This document shows positions 12,071-27,291 of a DNA stretch of 64,000 nucleotides, one piece after another. The position numbers were made by a program, and so were the translations under genes. This DNA is from Trichinella spiralis (Eukaryota), in NCBI RefSeq assembly GCF_000181795.1, contig NW_003526941.1, forward strand, positions 3,504,520-3,568,519, given 5' to 3'. The number at the start of each line of letters is the position of its first letter. Position 1 is the stretch's first letter. The notes beneath the pieces were generated by a model. That model did no database searches. It saw nothing but the letters and a program-made list of their open reading frames with translations, and had not been told where the DNA came from.

Positions 12071-14076
12071 TTATTCGGAAAGTAATGGCGGTTCGTCGTC
12101 GCTTTTCAGTTGCAGCACAAAATAATCCACATCTGAATGCTTGGACAACGATGTCAAAAGAAACGTGGTCAGCAAGCAGACGGCCAACAGCGCCGTACAA
12201 AGAACTAACAGTAGCCAATTTCCGTAATAATCATGACTGTGCAAAAAGAGCAGCGCTCCAATGGCGATAATATTTAACGGAACTCGAAACAGAGCTAACA
12301 ACACTGGCCTAGCTTCTGCTGGCAGTACATCTTTCTGTTGTCGTTGCATGACCGGAAAATACAAACCTACTCCTGTCTGATATAAGCAAAGCGTAAGAAG
12401 TAAAATTTTGTATTTGACACCGCTAGTTTGACCTGGATAACCAACCAATACAGAAAAACCCATCCCGGCAAGGCTGCACGCAGTAGCAATGGATAATAAA
12501 TTAGATATCGACAAATGAGTGCTCAACCGACGGTAAAAAATTGTTCCCAACAAAGTTGAAGCCATGAAACAAGCATAAATGTTACCAAAACTGGGACTAT
12601 AATTTGCGTCTGGATTCAACTGAATAAATATTGGCGTCCACATGAATATAAAAAGATAAAATGAACCTTCGTACAGCGACTGTATAATGCAAACGATTAA
12701 AGCGTTTGGCCGTCGTAATAAAATTCTCTTCGCGCGTATCAAATCATTCCAAAGATGATTTCCGCTACGCATCTCTTGACGATTTGGTGCCCATTTGCAA
12801 AATATCCATATTATAGCCACGCTCAATATCGGTACGCATAGAAGAAACGGAAATACGGTCGTTTCGAAAACTTTTTCCGTAAACTGCGCAACATAGCCTA
12901 GAAACAAATTGAAAATTATTAATCACTGAGATGTTCAAAATTTTTAACATACTTTAACAAGTAGAACGTCTACTCAAATACGCACCGAAAGTAATTAGGC
13001 TGCACTGCAAATGTTTACTTGACAATCATTTTCTTACAGTTACAATCCCTTCCTCATTAACCCTTTTAATGAACATATGCATTTAAATAATTGTAAAAAA
13101 TACCATTAATTTAAATAATAATGAATATGCAAATCAACGTATGATGAGTGGAACTTTAAAACTGTTTTGACAATAATCATGTATTAAATCAACTTGTCTA
13201 CTGAAAATAAAGTTGTTACCCCGAGAATTTTTCAAAATTGCAATTTATTATCATTTGAAAGGTTTATTTTCACTACAATATATTCATCGCAAACTGCTCT
13301 GCTAAGAAAGCAAAAAATTAAAATAAATAAATAGCCACAAATATATTCTGTTACCAAATCAAATATGAATACAAAAATTTTGAACATTCATATCTACTTA
13401 TGTTCAAGTATGCATGTGAAATAAAAATGAAAACACAATATTCAACTAGACTAACATAACATAACATAACAGACTTTATGAATTATAAAATCAAGGTCTG
13501 CTTACCGGCAATTATGGAAAAAATGATACTGCGGACGAACACATAACGAAATGTGATGGCCACCCATTCTTTAGGAAAATCATATCGATTCAAATGTTCA
13601 TGTAAATACCATTCTTGAAACGGTGCCAAAAGCATAGTAGCAGCAACACCATCAAAAATTCGACTCCACATCAGAACGTAATAATTAGAACTTGCTTTCA
13701 AAAAGCATGATCCACTCGTCAGCACACAACAGACACAACACACAACGCGACGTTCAAACTTTTGCAAAATGTAATTGATAAACAGTCCGCAGATTAAATT
13801 TGTGAACAAACCAACCGCGTACAACAATGCAATATCTGATTCTTTGTACCCGTACGTTGCAAATAAATAATATATATAAGGTGCTTGAAGACTGTCAGCA
13901 AAGAGGACAATCAGGTGCCCGAATGCATAAACGCGCTGGAACTTTGTAAAATCTGCATTAGTGATGCTAAATGAAGGTGCCGACCGCCCGAACATACGGA
14001 CACCTCTTCGCCACAAAGACAAAATGCCCGAAACAGTAACAATCAATACAGTGATAAGAAAAATAAAAAAATCCAT
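12071..14076 (-). CDS. MFSD5: MFS molybdate-anion transporter MFSD5-like, two coding exons (14076-13506, 12897-12071)
   Basis: FQRVY....L..LFADSLQAPYIYYLFATYG, FQEWYLHEH, QSLYEGSFYLFIFMWTP, GLYFP and LFRVPLN. Hydrophobic MFS pattern; GT-AG intron. Confidence 0.88.
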
Positions 14077-14732
14077 CACTGTTACAACGCTTCGTGAACT
14101 TTTCACTGCAAAACATTACCCGCACGCAAATACAGAAAGTAAAAGATGCACAGGTGCAAATTATGGCAAGTAAAGTAAATTTTTTTAACTGATCAAGAAA
14201 AACAATTTTTTAATATTTAATTCTATTTAGTCAATTAAATAAAATTTGATATTAAATATAAACTCTAAACGACTGTTAAACAGATTTCTTTTTATAAAAT
14301 AAGCTTTTGTGAGCATGAAATTTGTACTTTGCAATAACTTAGTTATAAAACGTCATAAATGATTCCGTATGAATGCACATAAATTAAAAATTGCATTAAC
14401 CTCAATTAATTTCACAAATTTTTCCCGATTTAACGACTACGTGAAATTAAAATTAATGATTATCATCAGTGAAAATGTAAAATATAATAACCTCATCAAA
14501 TAATAGCATAATAATATTTACTACTATTCATCAAAATTTCGAGTATCATTCTAAATTATTGTTATTATAATTGTATAAATATTTAAAACACGAACAACTT
14601 CAATGCAGTGTCGATTTTTCTCACAAATGAAAAAGAAAACAAACCAACAACAAGAAGCTTTTAGAACTGTATAAATATATCGAAACATTATTGCTCTGCT
14701 TCTTCTGACTGCCCTATTCTCAAAATTTCCCC

Positions 14733-15937
14733 CTAATATTTCATCCATTTGTCTACTTTGCATCGATGAATCATAAAAGCTGGAGATATCCATGCTGCAC
14801 AACCGCATCGACTCCCACTCCAGATGAATGAACCCAACTTGCTTCCACATTTCGGACAGTTGATCTGAAAATGAAGTACAAAATTTAATTTGTAACCAAA
14901 AATTTCCATTAAAAAACCAGACTAACTGATGTATATATGTTTATTCAATTATTTACTTTGCCTTCATACTGTAAAATACTTTCTGCCATCCACTTCACAG
15001 GCAAAATGAAATCAATATCTGCACAATCGTCATCTGGCTTTTTCTTATCATGTTCCAATAATGACTGCTGAGTGTAAAGACAACGACGGCATTTACGGCA
15101 TGTGTACAACGTTTTCGGGCAGTTTGTTGAATTTGCCGGTGAAAATTCATCTGGATCTGGTGAAATTATTTCAGAAATCGTCGATTTTGTCAAACCTTAA
15201 AAAATGCTTTAATTCTCCTTTAAATATTCAAAATTATTGAGAAACGAAAGAAACACGCATTCTATAACTTTGTCAAGTACTGTAAAAAGTATTTTGAATA
15301 GAGTCAGTTATATTACCGCCCTCATGGAGTTTTCTCCATTTTCCCAATGCTAGCAATTTGTACTCCGGTCGATTGCGATCCACTTGCCAACCGAATTTGA
15401 AAAAAAGGTTCAACTGCTTCATGAAACCCATATTGGGACTAAATAACAAAAAATGTATAAAAACAATTAATAAAATAAATGAAAAAGAATAGAAAAAAAA
15501 ACACTCACTAGACTATACTTCGAACCGCTTGAATACGAAGCAGAGCTTCATTTTCATCAATGCTGTACTTCTTCATCAAATATGCTGCCACAACAGTAGC
15601 ACTGCGAGATATGCCTTCTTGGCTGAAAAAAAATAAATAAATAATTTATCAGATAAAAAATAAAAATTGAAAAAACTGCATACCAATGGACCAAAATGTT
15701 TTCCTTTGATCGAATGGCCGATTCGATGAATTCAATGCAACGATCAAAATCATCCATCAAATTCCATTCCGGAAGATCTTTCGCTATTACAAATAAATAT
15801 GTTATAGATTGATAACGGATTTCCGGTGGAAACATGTCGACTGTAAGAACTCGACTGATGAAATAATCTCGTAAACGACGTATATCGACCGCTTCGTTAA
15901 CCGCTCCAATATACAAACCAGGCTCAATGCAATGCAT
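14733..15937 (-). CDS. DUSP12: Dual-specificity phosphatase 12 (Yvh1-like) with C-terminal zinc-binding domain
   Basis: Spliced active site VHC|QEGISRSATVVAAYLM. Zinc domain CRKCRR...KINCPKCGSKLGSFIWSGSRCGCAAWISPAF. The ATG follows a TTTCAG acceptor, so an upstream exon is possible. Confidence 0.92.
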
Positions 15938-16238
15938 CTGAAAATATCAATTTAGAAATAATTGACAATTTCGAAACAAAATGCATTTAATGCACTGAAA
16001 TTTTGTACAGTTTCAAAAATAACATACATTTAGATAAAAAACGTGTGAAGTTTTTAATTTCGTTCTAAACACAAAAGACTGACGACAACAACAACAGAGA
16101 GAAGCATATTTTTTTATCTGCATCAAGAAGCATACTTTTACAGCCTACCATTTCTACTAGTAGAATACGGAATCAGAAAAGTTATAAAAAACCACAATCG
16201 GAAAATGTAAAGCAAGAAAGCAACACGAATCAACTGCA

Positions 16239-19200
16239 TCAAGCAAATATGTCGACGGTCGACGAAGAATGAAATAAATCATACTCTTGACTTCCATTCA
16301 GCTGGTTGTAATCTTGCTAAAATTTGAAAATTGCATATTAATCTCTTTTTTCTTGTTTATCACATCGCATACATACCTGCTGATGTTGTAAATCTGTAGT
16401 GAATAGTTTCGCTATCGGCAAACACCACTGCGGCATTGTCTCAACCAAAGACGGCTTGGCATGAGTAAGTAACGGTTTCAAAAATCTAAACAAAAAAAAT
16501 ATTATTTTATTACAAAACTAAAATTGCACATATTGTACAACAATTACTCACTTATTATCAAAATCGTACCATTTTTGAGGTAACAAAGATTTATCCCACC
16601 GATTATGAGAATGAGGAGACAACATACCCTAAACAAAAACAAATATACAATTAAAATAACCTATAACTGCAAGCCAACCTGATCCAGTGCAGCTGAACTT
16701 TGGTCACAGCATCTAAATAACATTAACAAGTTAAAAATAAAATCATTGGAGCAAAACAAAACAGTTAACAGTTACTTGATTTTCAACCATTCAATAATTT
16801 GAACCGTCAAACCACCATTAAATAACACTGTAAATATCACAATCAATGATGTAGTTGAATAAATAATACGCATCTGTGGAGAAGATGTGTTCCGTATTGC
16901 AAGAGCGAAAGCCATAGCTCCGCGCAAACCTAATCAAAGGAAAATTTTAATCAATACGGCAATATCAATATATAATATAAAATAACAAACTACCTGCAAA
17001 GAATAACATGTGCTGGTGTTTCATTGGAATCGGCGGGCGACGTCCCACATTCAAGATAGCCGTCAGTGGATAAATCATAATCAAACGACCAATAAAAATT
17101 GCAATCTAGCAAAAAAACTGGCGATGTGTTGGCAAAAATGATTGCCAAAAATAAACTTACAAATGCTCCCAAAATAAACCATATGTTAAAGAGATGCGCT
17201 TGAGAAGTAAACAATGATACACCAATGTATGTGAAAATAAAATTTTCCGACAGAAACGTCAGCACTTCAAAAAACTAGAAAAAACTTCGTTTTAGCTCAT
17301 ACTGTTTTACAAAATTTAAACAACGTAAAAGCAGTACTTGTTTAGTTCGCATTTTTGAATCTGACGACAAATTATTGAACGTATAATGTGCTTGGCATAT
17401 ACCACAAAAAAGCACCGACACGATACCTATATAAAAGTATTTTAAAAATTTACCTAATTAATTAAATTTAGCCCAATGTTTTACCCGTCATGTGCGCCGC
17501 TTCAGAAATAAGAAATGATAAATAGCTCATCAAAATAAATAACGTCGCTTCAAGCAAAGGATATTGTGATATTTTTGTAAATTTCATAAACAAAGAAGCC
17601 AAGCAACCGACAAGTGAGCCAATGCCCATCGAACCAAAGAATACACCAAAAAAATGACCAAAACTATTTAACAAAGCTCGACCATCAAAAAGCAATGCTT
17701 CGCTACCAGGAGAAGGTGAATGACGTTCAATAGTTCTAAAGTAAAACAAATACTGGATTGAAATTATTCAAAATAAAATTAATTAATTAATTAATATTAA
17801 TATATAAAAAAATTACTGGGAAAGTACAATAGCAACAGCATCATTGAGCGCACTTTCACCAAACACCAATGCGAATAAATCACTGTCCACTTTCAAATCG
17901 TTAAATATAGCTAATACCGTGACTATAAAAACAAATATTTATAAAACATCTTAAAATGCACTATATTCTTTCAGATTATTACAAAAACACAATGCTATTC
18001 GGAAATTGAAGTGAATAAAAAAATACTTGGATCAGTGGCAGAAATTACTGCCCCAAAAAGAAATGTCTCGCTCAAGCTAAACGGTAGACGAACGAAGGAT
18101 GTAAAACCATACATGACAAGCCTAGAATAAATTTTACTCATTAATAAAAATAATTACATTCACAAGCAGTATTTAACGTAAAAAAAATAAATTTGTTTAT
18201 TTAAAAAATAATAATCACATACCCAACCACTACAACAGAAAGAGAAGTTCCACATACAGCATACATCAATATAGAACCAATGTTTCGAAAAAAGTGACCT
18301 TTTTTCAAACTGTATCCAGCATTAAAAATAATCGGAGGAAGTAAAATATTAAAAAATATTTCTGAGTCAAAAGTTGCCTAAATAAGTTGAATACGCATTC
18401 AGTAAAACTTAAAAAGCAATAATAAGTTGCAAATACCTTTTCTTCTAGCAAACCTTCTTTGAAAACGTTAACGTTGCTATCAAACTTGTATCTTAACAAA
18501 ATTGACTGATTTTCCTTGGATATTCCATCATAATACGGCACACTTAATCGAAGAAAATCTGGAGGCAAATCAACATCTGCTGTGGTGTTCCAAAGTTGCA
18601 CATCAGCAGTGATGGCTCCGCTAGAGTTTCCATTAGTACATAATTTAATTATTAGACCAACAATCAAACCTAAAAAAGAAAATGCACCCTTCATAAAAAA
18701 CCATACTAATAAATAAATAAATACAGTAAGAAACAATACTGGCCTCATAATAAAAATAACTTGTTACAAAACTAGATATTAAAATGAATCATCAATAAAA
18801 ATACACTCCAACCATTAAATAAACAATAAAAATTCATCTATTCAAAATCAAGACATTCATCAGTAAGCAAATATGTTTTCAAACTGAGAAATATTTTCCG
18901 TGCCTAATAAGTATAATCATAAATTCATCAAATAACACACGCTTATTAAAAAATTATAAAATACACTAATACAACTGTATACATGCTGTACATAATGACA
19001 ATATTTATAAATAAAGCAAAACATTTACGTATGACGTTAATAAAATTCTATAACTAAACAAATGTGAAGATACCCTTTCCACTATTAAACAATATCACAA
19101 TTCTAATTTGATGTTGAAGCGAAAGCAAATAAACAACTTGCCGTATATTAATGTTAAGCCCGTTTCGTGAACGAACCGTAATCGGCGATGCTTAAAAATC

Positions 19201-19349
19201 CAAATGGTTAGGACGGTCATTATCATTAAAATGGTGTAAAGCATCAAATTCAACGTGTCCACTTGATGGAGTGCAGCCAATTTTCGTTCCGTTATTCCCT
19301 CAGCGACAACATCTACAGGCAAACGCCGGATAATTTCTGCCGATGCCAT
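16239..19349 (-). CDS. Endosomal Na+/H+ exchanger (NHE6/7/9, SLC9A family), multi-exon
   Basis: [88 protein letters not shown] and FLKPLLTH. Stop at 16239. Confidence 0.93.
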
Positions 19350-20371
19350 TCTTGACGACAAAAAATTCAGCACTTCCAAATTTCACTATAGCTGTATCGA
19401 TTTACTGTCTTCGCTTAACAATGACTATATTTCACATCAGAAAACATAAAGCTTAAACAGAAAATGTTACACAAAAAGCTGTTTTCAAAATGACATGCAT
19501 TACCTTAGAAAACAGAAATTGAATGTTTCCAAATATGTATAAAAACAATTACCAGAAGTAAATTGTCAAATTAGATGCAAAATCTAATTATAAAATTATA
19601 ATAATAAAAATGTAAATAACAACTTTGAAAGGTGGTATAAATTAGCAAGCGTTGGCAAATTATTTATTATTCAAGTACAGTAAAACAATCGTTATTGCTT
19701 TTCAGGTAAAATAGTAATACGGTATGTTCATCAATTCAGAGTTCACACTGTTAGCTAAGTATTCCAAAATAATTGCATCGTTGTTTGTTTTGAATTTAAA
19801 TAATGAACTATTATTAGAAATGTTATGCAAATAAACGGATAAGCTTATAAATGATACAGGCACCTGCTAAAAATTTCAAACTTTACAAATGGACAAACGT
19901 TCGTTCGTTACATTTCTTTATAATAAACATTCAAATTAAAACATTTCATCGATTTTAATAAAATTACTACTATTTTTCAAAACAAATGTTCCACCACCCA
20001 GTCTACCAATTCATACTCTGGGACAGAGGGCTGTTGCGCTATCAATTCAAGCCAACCGCTTCAATCATGTTGAACTTAATTGGCTTGCATTCACAGATCG
20101 CGCAGCATTAACGTTCTTGAAGTACAGCAATATATTAAGCAGTAAGCAAGAAATATACAATGTCAAAGTAAATTAACATACAAAAAGAGATGAACTGGAG
20201 ATTAAAAGTGTTTTATTTATTCGTCGTTTCTTAATAAATAATAATAATAATACGCTGGGTAATGATAAGCAGTGACGCGTAATAATAAATGATGAAAATA
20301 ACTTTTTCCAAAAACAGCTGAAACACTGAATGAACGAAGAATTTGAAAACAAACATATCTTGACTGATTCT

Positions 20372-22490
20372 TCAAGTTCGTGCAAGACTGCATTCATCTA
20401 AAAAATCACCGTAAAGCAAACATTTTACTCTGTTTATTTCATGCATTTACAATAATTTTTCAGTTATAATACACAAATTCACGACAATACAATTATCATT
20501 CCATTTATATTTGAAACATTTCAATGTACATTACAAGGATAATTAAACAAAAATTTATTTCACTTCGTTTTACAAAATTCCAAAAAATAAACGCTGCACA
20601 CAGAACAGCATATAACAAAATATTTGCAAACTTACCAAGTATCTGCTTTTCCGGCGTCAATTCCGGCATCACTTGAATCTGATCTTCAAAGCCGATGATG
20701 TCATAATAAAAATGAATAATTTGTTTCTAAAATATTTAACTTAAAAATTACTTAAAGTCATAAAAAATTATAAACAAAAATTATTGAAAATAATCAGTCA
20801 ACGTAAAATTTTATTTATAAAATAAGTTAACAGTTTGTTTCATCGAATATATAAAAACTTACTTTAGCACTCAAAAAGATGTAAAACACGTCAACTAAAG
20901 AGTACTCATCAATTAAAATCTCATCTGCATACCAAAGAGTGACCTAGAGCAAATAATATTATTTTCAAATTGACATAAGTGAACAAACCTGTTGGTAGTG
21001 GACTGTGAATTTAGAGGCAATCATCTTTCTCAGCTGTTTGATACGGACAGCAGCAGGAGCTGAATACAGTCTTTTCAAGCTAGAGCCCTTAAAAGCATAA
21101 AATCGGATCACTTTGCCATTTCATTAAATCGAAGCTGTTCTACTTATTCAAACAAAAATACAAAATCAAATTATTTTTCCTAAAGTAAAGCTAGGTAGTA
21201 ACCAACACTACAAAAATTCACAACTTCTATAAATTTCATAATAAAATTTTATGCAAAGTCAAATACCGAAAATTCAGAAAATGAAGACGCAGGAGGTTGC
21301 TGAATTAAGACTCTATAATATTCAGATTGCTAATAATGAAAAACATTTCCACTTCAAAAAAATACCCTTCGCGATGAGTGATAGATGCTCTTGGAGGTCT
21401 TTTCATTTCCAATATAAACATCACTCTTTCATACGGACTGCAGATATGTGTCGCAAGATCACGAATATAATCATTACTGAATTCTTTTTCTCTCTCTTCT
21501 GGACTTTCATTCATTACTTGAAATCGTGCACGTCTCAAAATTTCTTCTAAATTTTTACAATTAATATCACATTCAATAATTAAAAATAATACACGTCAAA
21601 AAACAGAAATGCGTTCGCAAAAATTTGCAAACCGTTGCATCCACATCTCACCTTTATATACAGTTGGAATGAGCTTATATATCAGTAACTGCAGAGTATG
21701 ATCCAATCTAAAATATTATGACTGTAAATAATATGAAATCAAAAATATCAAAAAATACAAGAACAAAAATTTATGTAATAATAGCAATGTAATGATAAAT
21801 GTAATAATAATAGAATATTAAGAATACTACTGATAAAACCTATCTAGTCTACATATATAATGAATCAATCAAATAAAAAACTTTAAATACTATAAAAAAT
21901 TAATAAACTTACATTTTACAATTAAATCTAATCTATCATCATCTACCAAAAAATTAATTAAACTGAATTATATAAAAGTTTATATAAATTATATAAAAAT
22001 AAAATTAAATGAACCAACCAAATAAATAATTAAACTAAATAAGAAAATCTAAATGAAACTCACTTCAGGGCACTTTCTAATTTGAATTTATTAATCAATA
22101 TACCACATGAGGGGCAATGAGCATCCTTCTCTATGTGCAAAAGTATGCATGATCGACAAACTAAAGCAAAAAATAAAACATAAATAAAGTGCTTAAAAAG
22201 CATCACAATGCCTAAAAATAAGACAAGGTAAATAGTTTAAATTATATAACAACAGTCATGTATGCATATAGGCAAAAATTAATTAATTATTCAATTAAAA
22301 TATATAGTTAAATACTGCAATGAAAACTTCAAAACGTGAAATTCCCTTTCCTTGACGCATATATTTACTGATGAAAGTCTCAATACTCACAGTGATGCAT
22401 GCATTCCACCACGGTGGTCGCTTCAATCATGTAGCCCATACACAGAGAACATATAAATTCATTCAAATGCTTCGGTTTATATTTGCACAT
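20372..22490 (-). CDS. Polycomb group RING finger (PCGF/BMI1/Psc-like) RING + RAWUL protein, multi-exon; 5' end uncertain
   Basis: Small exons encode FICSLCMGYMIEATTVVECMHH|FCRSCIL....DAHCPSC, LDHTLQLLIYKLIP, and RAWUL-like APAAVRIKQLRKMIASKF / LIDEYSLVDVFYIF. Phases checked for the 3' exons are consistent. The frame is open upstream of ATG 22490 to an acceptor at ~22504. Confidence 0.85.
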
Positions 22491-25086
22491 CAAATTTTCA
22501 CAGCTAAATAAAAAAATGAAACTTCTTGAAACACTTCGAACAAGTATATGTTTATAAGAAGTTCACATCATCTTCACATAAAATTTAAATATCTTCAACA
22601 GATAAATATTTTATATATGCAAACTACATTTGTCTATTTTCAATTCAAAAAGTTATAAATTTTCGTTCAAGTATAACTTCTTTACAATACATACCTAATT
22701 ATCACTGGCTTTGTACAGTATCCTCGAAAAATTTATTAACATTTTCACCCTTATTGCAAACACGTACAGTTGAAATATAAGTACTGAAACTGAATTGAAA
22801 CATAAACCTTTGGAAATATAAATATAACTATACAATGATGCACGAATTGCTGCTTGCCACTCCAAAAATGCAACTGGCAATTTACGTTTCTAAATAATTT
22901 TTAGTTTACTTCTTATTCCATTAAATAAAGAATAAATTTTTTGCAAAAGGGCAGAAACTGTATTTACACAATGAATTACAGTACAGGCATTGTTAACAAG
23001 TACTGACCTTACTTAAGATTTCTTTATGGCAAAAAACTTTTCGAAATGCAAAATTTCGTACAACAAATAGAAATAATGTAAAACAAATTAAAGTTCAAAA
23101 AAACGAAATTGCTACATCATAACGAAGCCAACATAGCAGCGCATTTTAAACTCTACACAACTTGATTTCATTTTAATCAGTATATTAAAATTATTCTAAA
23201 ATAAACTTGAAATCCGCATGTTTCATTTTTACATATATAAAAACTTCTCAGAAAAAATTAATCTGTCAACAATAAAAAAGAGCTCAACTCAGCACATAGC
23301 AATACGCATGTTGACTTGCTGCCGTTTGCAAAAAGAGAAGCCAATTAAAATATAAGGTATACTTAAGCGGAAGAAACATAAACAAATGAAAAATTTAGAA
23401 AGAATAATGTATTTCCTGTCAGATGGTTACTTGAGATGACAGTTTTTTAAATCAAATTAAAACAAAAATAAATGTTCAATGTGACTTACGTTTTGGACAT
23501 ATCGGACAGTAGGATTGCTTTGCTGTGAAGTTATAATTTCCACTAGCGCTGGAAGCAGATGTATTAACCTTCCGACAGTGTTTGCGTTGGTTGATTTCAG
23601 AAAATGCAAATACAATTGAACTGAAAATTACAATAATTTTCAGATAAATATTGGCAAATGAATCGCGTAAAATTAAATAATTACTCAAGAAAATATACTG
23701 ATAATTAACCAGATATTAACAAACAATATGTAACTTTGAAATTTATTTCACAACAGTAAAACAAAACATTTAATTAAGCCAAAACAAAAAAATTCATTTC
23801 ATAAATTTATCAATAATCCTAGAGACAAAAATTACACACTCATCAAAATAAGACAAAAATTAACCACCTGACAGGATTTCACGAACAAAAGTTACGTTCA
23901 GTAAAAATGAAAAGCAGGCATCATTCATGGTCGTGTGATTTGAAGCAATAAATATAATTTTAACGTTTTCTACAAAAAGCATTGCATTTTAATGTACTTC
24001 ACCTATCTTCGAAAGCAAATATAAAAATACAAACAATAAAAGTTTGAAATAAGAATAATAACGTTCTTTATTTATATAAGCAAGATTTTATGTAAGCAGG
24101 TTCTATGCAGTAAGTTTCATTTCGCAATTTTTAATATGTAATGTTGCTTTTCATGTTATTTATAATAAAATTCCTTTGTTTGCATTTTTAATACAAAACT
24201 ATGAGGGAAGTGGGATGCTAAATACAAATTTGCAATCTTTTAAAGAACTAGTAAAGAAATAATGAATTACAGAGTACATTTTAAAGTAATATAATTAATA
24301 GTTTTATTAAATAATAGTAAACAGTTTAAATAACATCCATATGATCATATGCTACTAAAGAGACAAATAAAAATATTTCTTGATTTATTTATTTGGAATA
24401 GCAGTACAGAACGACATACTGTATTACAAAAAATCGATAGTATGTGATAGTCAAGGATGGAGGATAGAAAGTATAAAACTGGATGCGATGGAGTAAACCC
24501 AAACGCAAAGATGGCAGCACAACTGAACAGAGGCGTCATTTGCTAACATGACCTTCCATTAATTTCATTGATTTTAAATTGTCCAAAAATTCAGCAACAT
24601 TGGAATCGCATTGGTTTTCACGCATGTACAAAATGACTGTCAAGGAAAGGGAAACAAGATATTATCTGATGCTTCCAGCAGTTAGCGATGGCAGTTCTCT
24701 GATAAATTGAAGCTCTCGCATCTGTTGATTAAGAAGTCCAATTTGATGCATTTTACCATTTTTTATGAGAAAAACTAAAATTGAAGTCAGTAAGTAGTCG
24801 AACTGAAGGGATTTTGTACGACACTTCTTCCATAATTCGACTTCGACGCTTGAACTAAAATACTTAGTTGCATATACAAACCATCGTGTCGAAAAGTTGA
24901 AAAATTGTTCAAGAACAGTACAAAAAGTATTCTAATAGTTTATTCTGACAAAACAGTATATTTTGCATAGCAAAAATGTACAAGATTGCATTTTTAAGTG
25001 ATTTCATGCTGAGTAGTAGTGGGTATAAAAGCCACATGTGGGACATAACGTGCGATAATACAAAATTAATCTCAGAACAATTTGTA

Positions 25087-27291
25087 TTAATTTCTATTTT
25101 CAATAATTATTTCTTCAGAGTAAAATCTTTCTCATTTTCCCCACATACTGATTGATTTGGCCTCACTGGTCCACTTTCAGTTGGTTTTCCTACATCAGGA
25201 ATTACCAGTGCCCATTCCTGTATCTCACCTTAAATGAGATGAACTGTAATGAATTATCACCAAAATTAACAAAAAAATTTACTTGATCCGTAGAAGAGAA
25301 AGATGAATCCCGCTGCAACGAGCCCTGATCCAATGCCAAAGAAGACAAAGTGCCATTCACTAGCGTCACCCTGAAATTTATATTGTTGAAAATAGTTTAC
25401 ATTGGTGAATACTTTAAAATTTTACACTGCTAATAGTACTGCCGATTAAATATGGCGTTATAACAGAAGCCACTTGACCAAGATACTTTGACAAAGATGA
25501 AACCGTCCCTGAGTAAGCCGGGGCAATTGATAACGTACTGGTTTGAAAGCCGGCTATTCCACCAGATAGAAGCCCATTTGCGAGCACCATACATACGATT
25601 GCTTGTACAGGTTGTGTACAATCAACAAATGACAGTGCAATTAAGAAGCTACCACTGGCAAAAGTTCCTAAATTAAGAATAGAAATTAAAATCGAGACAG
25701 ATTAAAAATTAAAATTATTGTACCTATGCTGTTGAAAAACTTCGCGATATTGGTTTGCTCATGAGGATAACGTGCCTTTAATTGATCAGCAATGTAAGCA
25801 AAAATAAATTTGATTACAAGCTGTGCAATGTATGGCAATGCGCTGAGCAGGCCATTCTAAAAAATGATAAAATCATTTTTATTTTAATATGAAAAAAATA
25901 ATAACTGTACCCGTTTCAAGTCCATGTGCAATGCATCTTTGAAATAAATAGGAATGTATGTTGCCAAGGCTGTGGTCATCAATGAATTCATAAAATTGCT
26001 CGTATTGCAACTGATCATGGGTGCAGAGAAGAGCAATTTCTTCCAAGGCAACTGTCTTAATGGACGCTAAACAGTTTGAAAATTCTTAGTTTAAAATTAA
26101 AATCTCATTACATGAAAAATCTTACTTTCTTCTTTGAAGAAGCACTCTGAGAACGAATCGAATGAATTATCAGCGATTTTTCAGCTGCTGAAATAAATCG
26201 ATTCGAATCAGGTGTGTCCGTCACCACTACACACCATACTGCGCTTATGGCTATTCCAATCAAACCTTAAAATTATCTTTAAAAATGAAAAAGAAAAATT
26301 TTACAAAGTTATTTATTTACCACACACGTAAAATATGGAAGGCCAACCGCCAAAAAATCCTTTTTGCTCACAAAGGAATGCATTAAGTGGCATGCCAATG
26401 ATGTTAGCAATTTGATTGCCTAAAATTTTAAAAAATAATTATTCATATTATTTGAAATGAAATTCACTAAACATACCTGCAGTATAAATCGCAATGGCGG
26501 AACTTTTCTCTACTGAAGGCACCCAATTCGATATAAGTGATCCGATAGCTGGTACCACAGTAGCCTGAAAAATATTTGTTATTTGTGCAAAAGTTGGCTT
26601 GAAGTATCAACAGATTACTTGTCCAAAAACTCCGGATATGAACCTCAAAGCAAATACGGCCATGAAGTCACCATAGCGTGCCCCAATGGGAATGAGCATT
26701 GTGGACAGTACAGTTCCAATTAAGCAGACAAAAATAACTCTTTTCGGACTGTATCTGTCTGCAATCATTCCACTAGGAAGACCTGACACTAGTGCACCCC
26801 AATATATTGCTGAAAACATGATGTCTCTTTTTGATGAGGTCCATGCAAATTCACCGCCCTAAAATTCGCTTCTGTTAAATAGATAATTATGCTGCACAAA
26901 CAAAATGCTGCACCTGATAAGATTCTTCTGCTAGTTGATCAATTGGGCACTTTTCACGCAGTGATTTTATATGCACGGACTGATTTATTAAACTTTCATT
27001 AGCTGCGTTGAAAATTCTGCTTTTTTCAGAGAATGCTGTAGAATTCACCATGCATACCATGGCAACGCTCAAGGAATTTCTAGTCAAAGTAATGTTTGTT
27101 ATAGCCAAACATAATAGAAATGCCATTATTAGACGAGTTGAGCGAAAACTCCAGAATTCTAGAATAGAAAGTTAAATTTCAAACAAAAAAATCACAAAAT
27201 GTGATCATTTGCAAAAAATTAAAAAAAAAAAAAATTTACTAGGGCCTGATTTGGAATTATTAGTTGCAGCTGCCATTCTTGCGTCATTCAT
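25087..27291 (-). CDS. SLC17 family (sialin/Na-phosphate cotransporter-like) MFS transporter, multi-exon
   Basis: [80 protein letters not shown] and GEIQEWA. Stop at 25087. Confidence 0.9.

Noticed and set aside
24345..24910. Possible gene fragment between PCGF and SLC17
   Set aside because: Only short frames interrupted by stops, with no recognisable motif or consistent exon chain.
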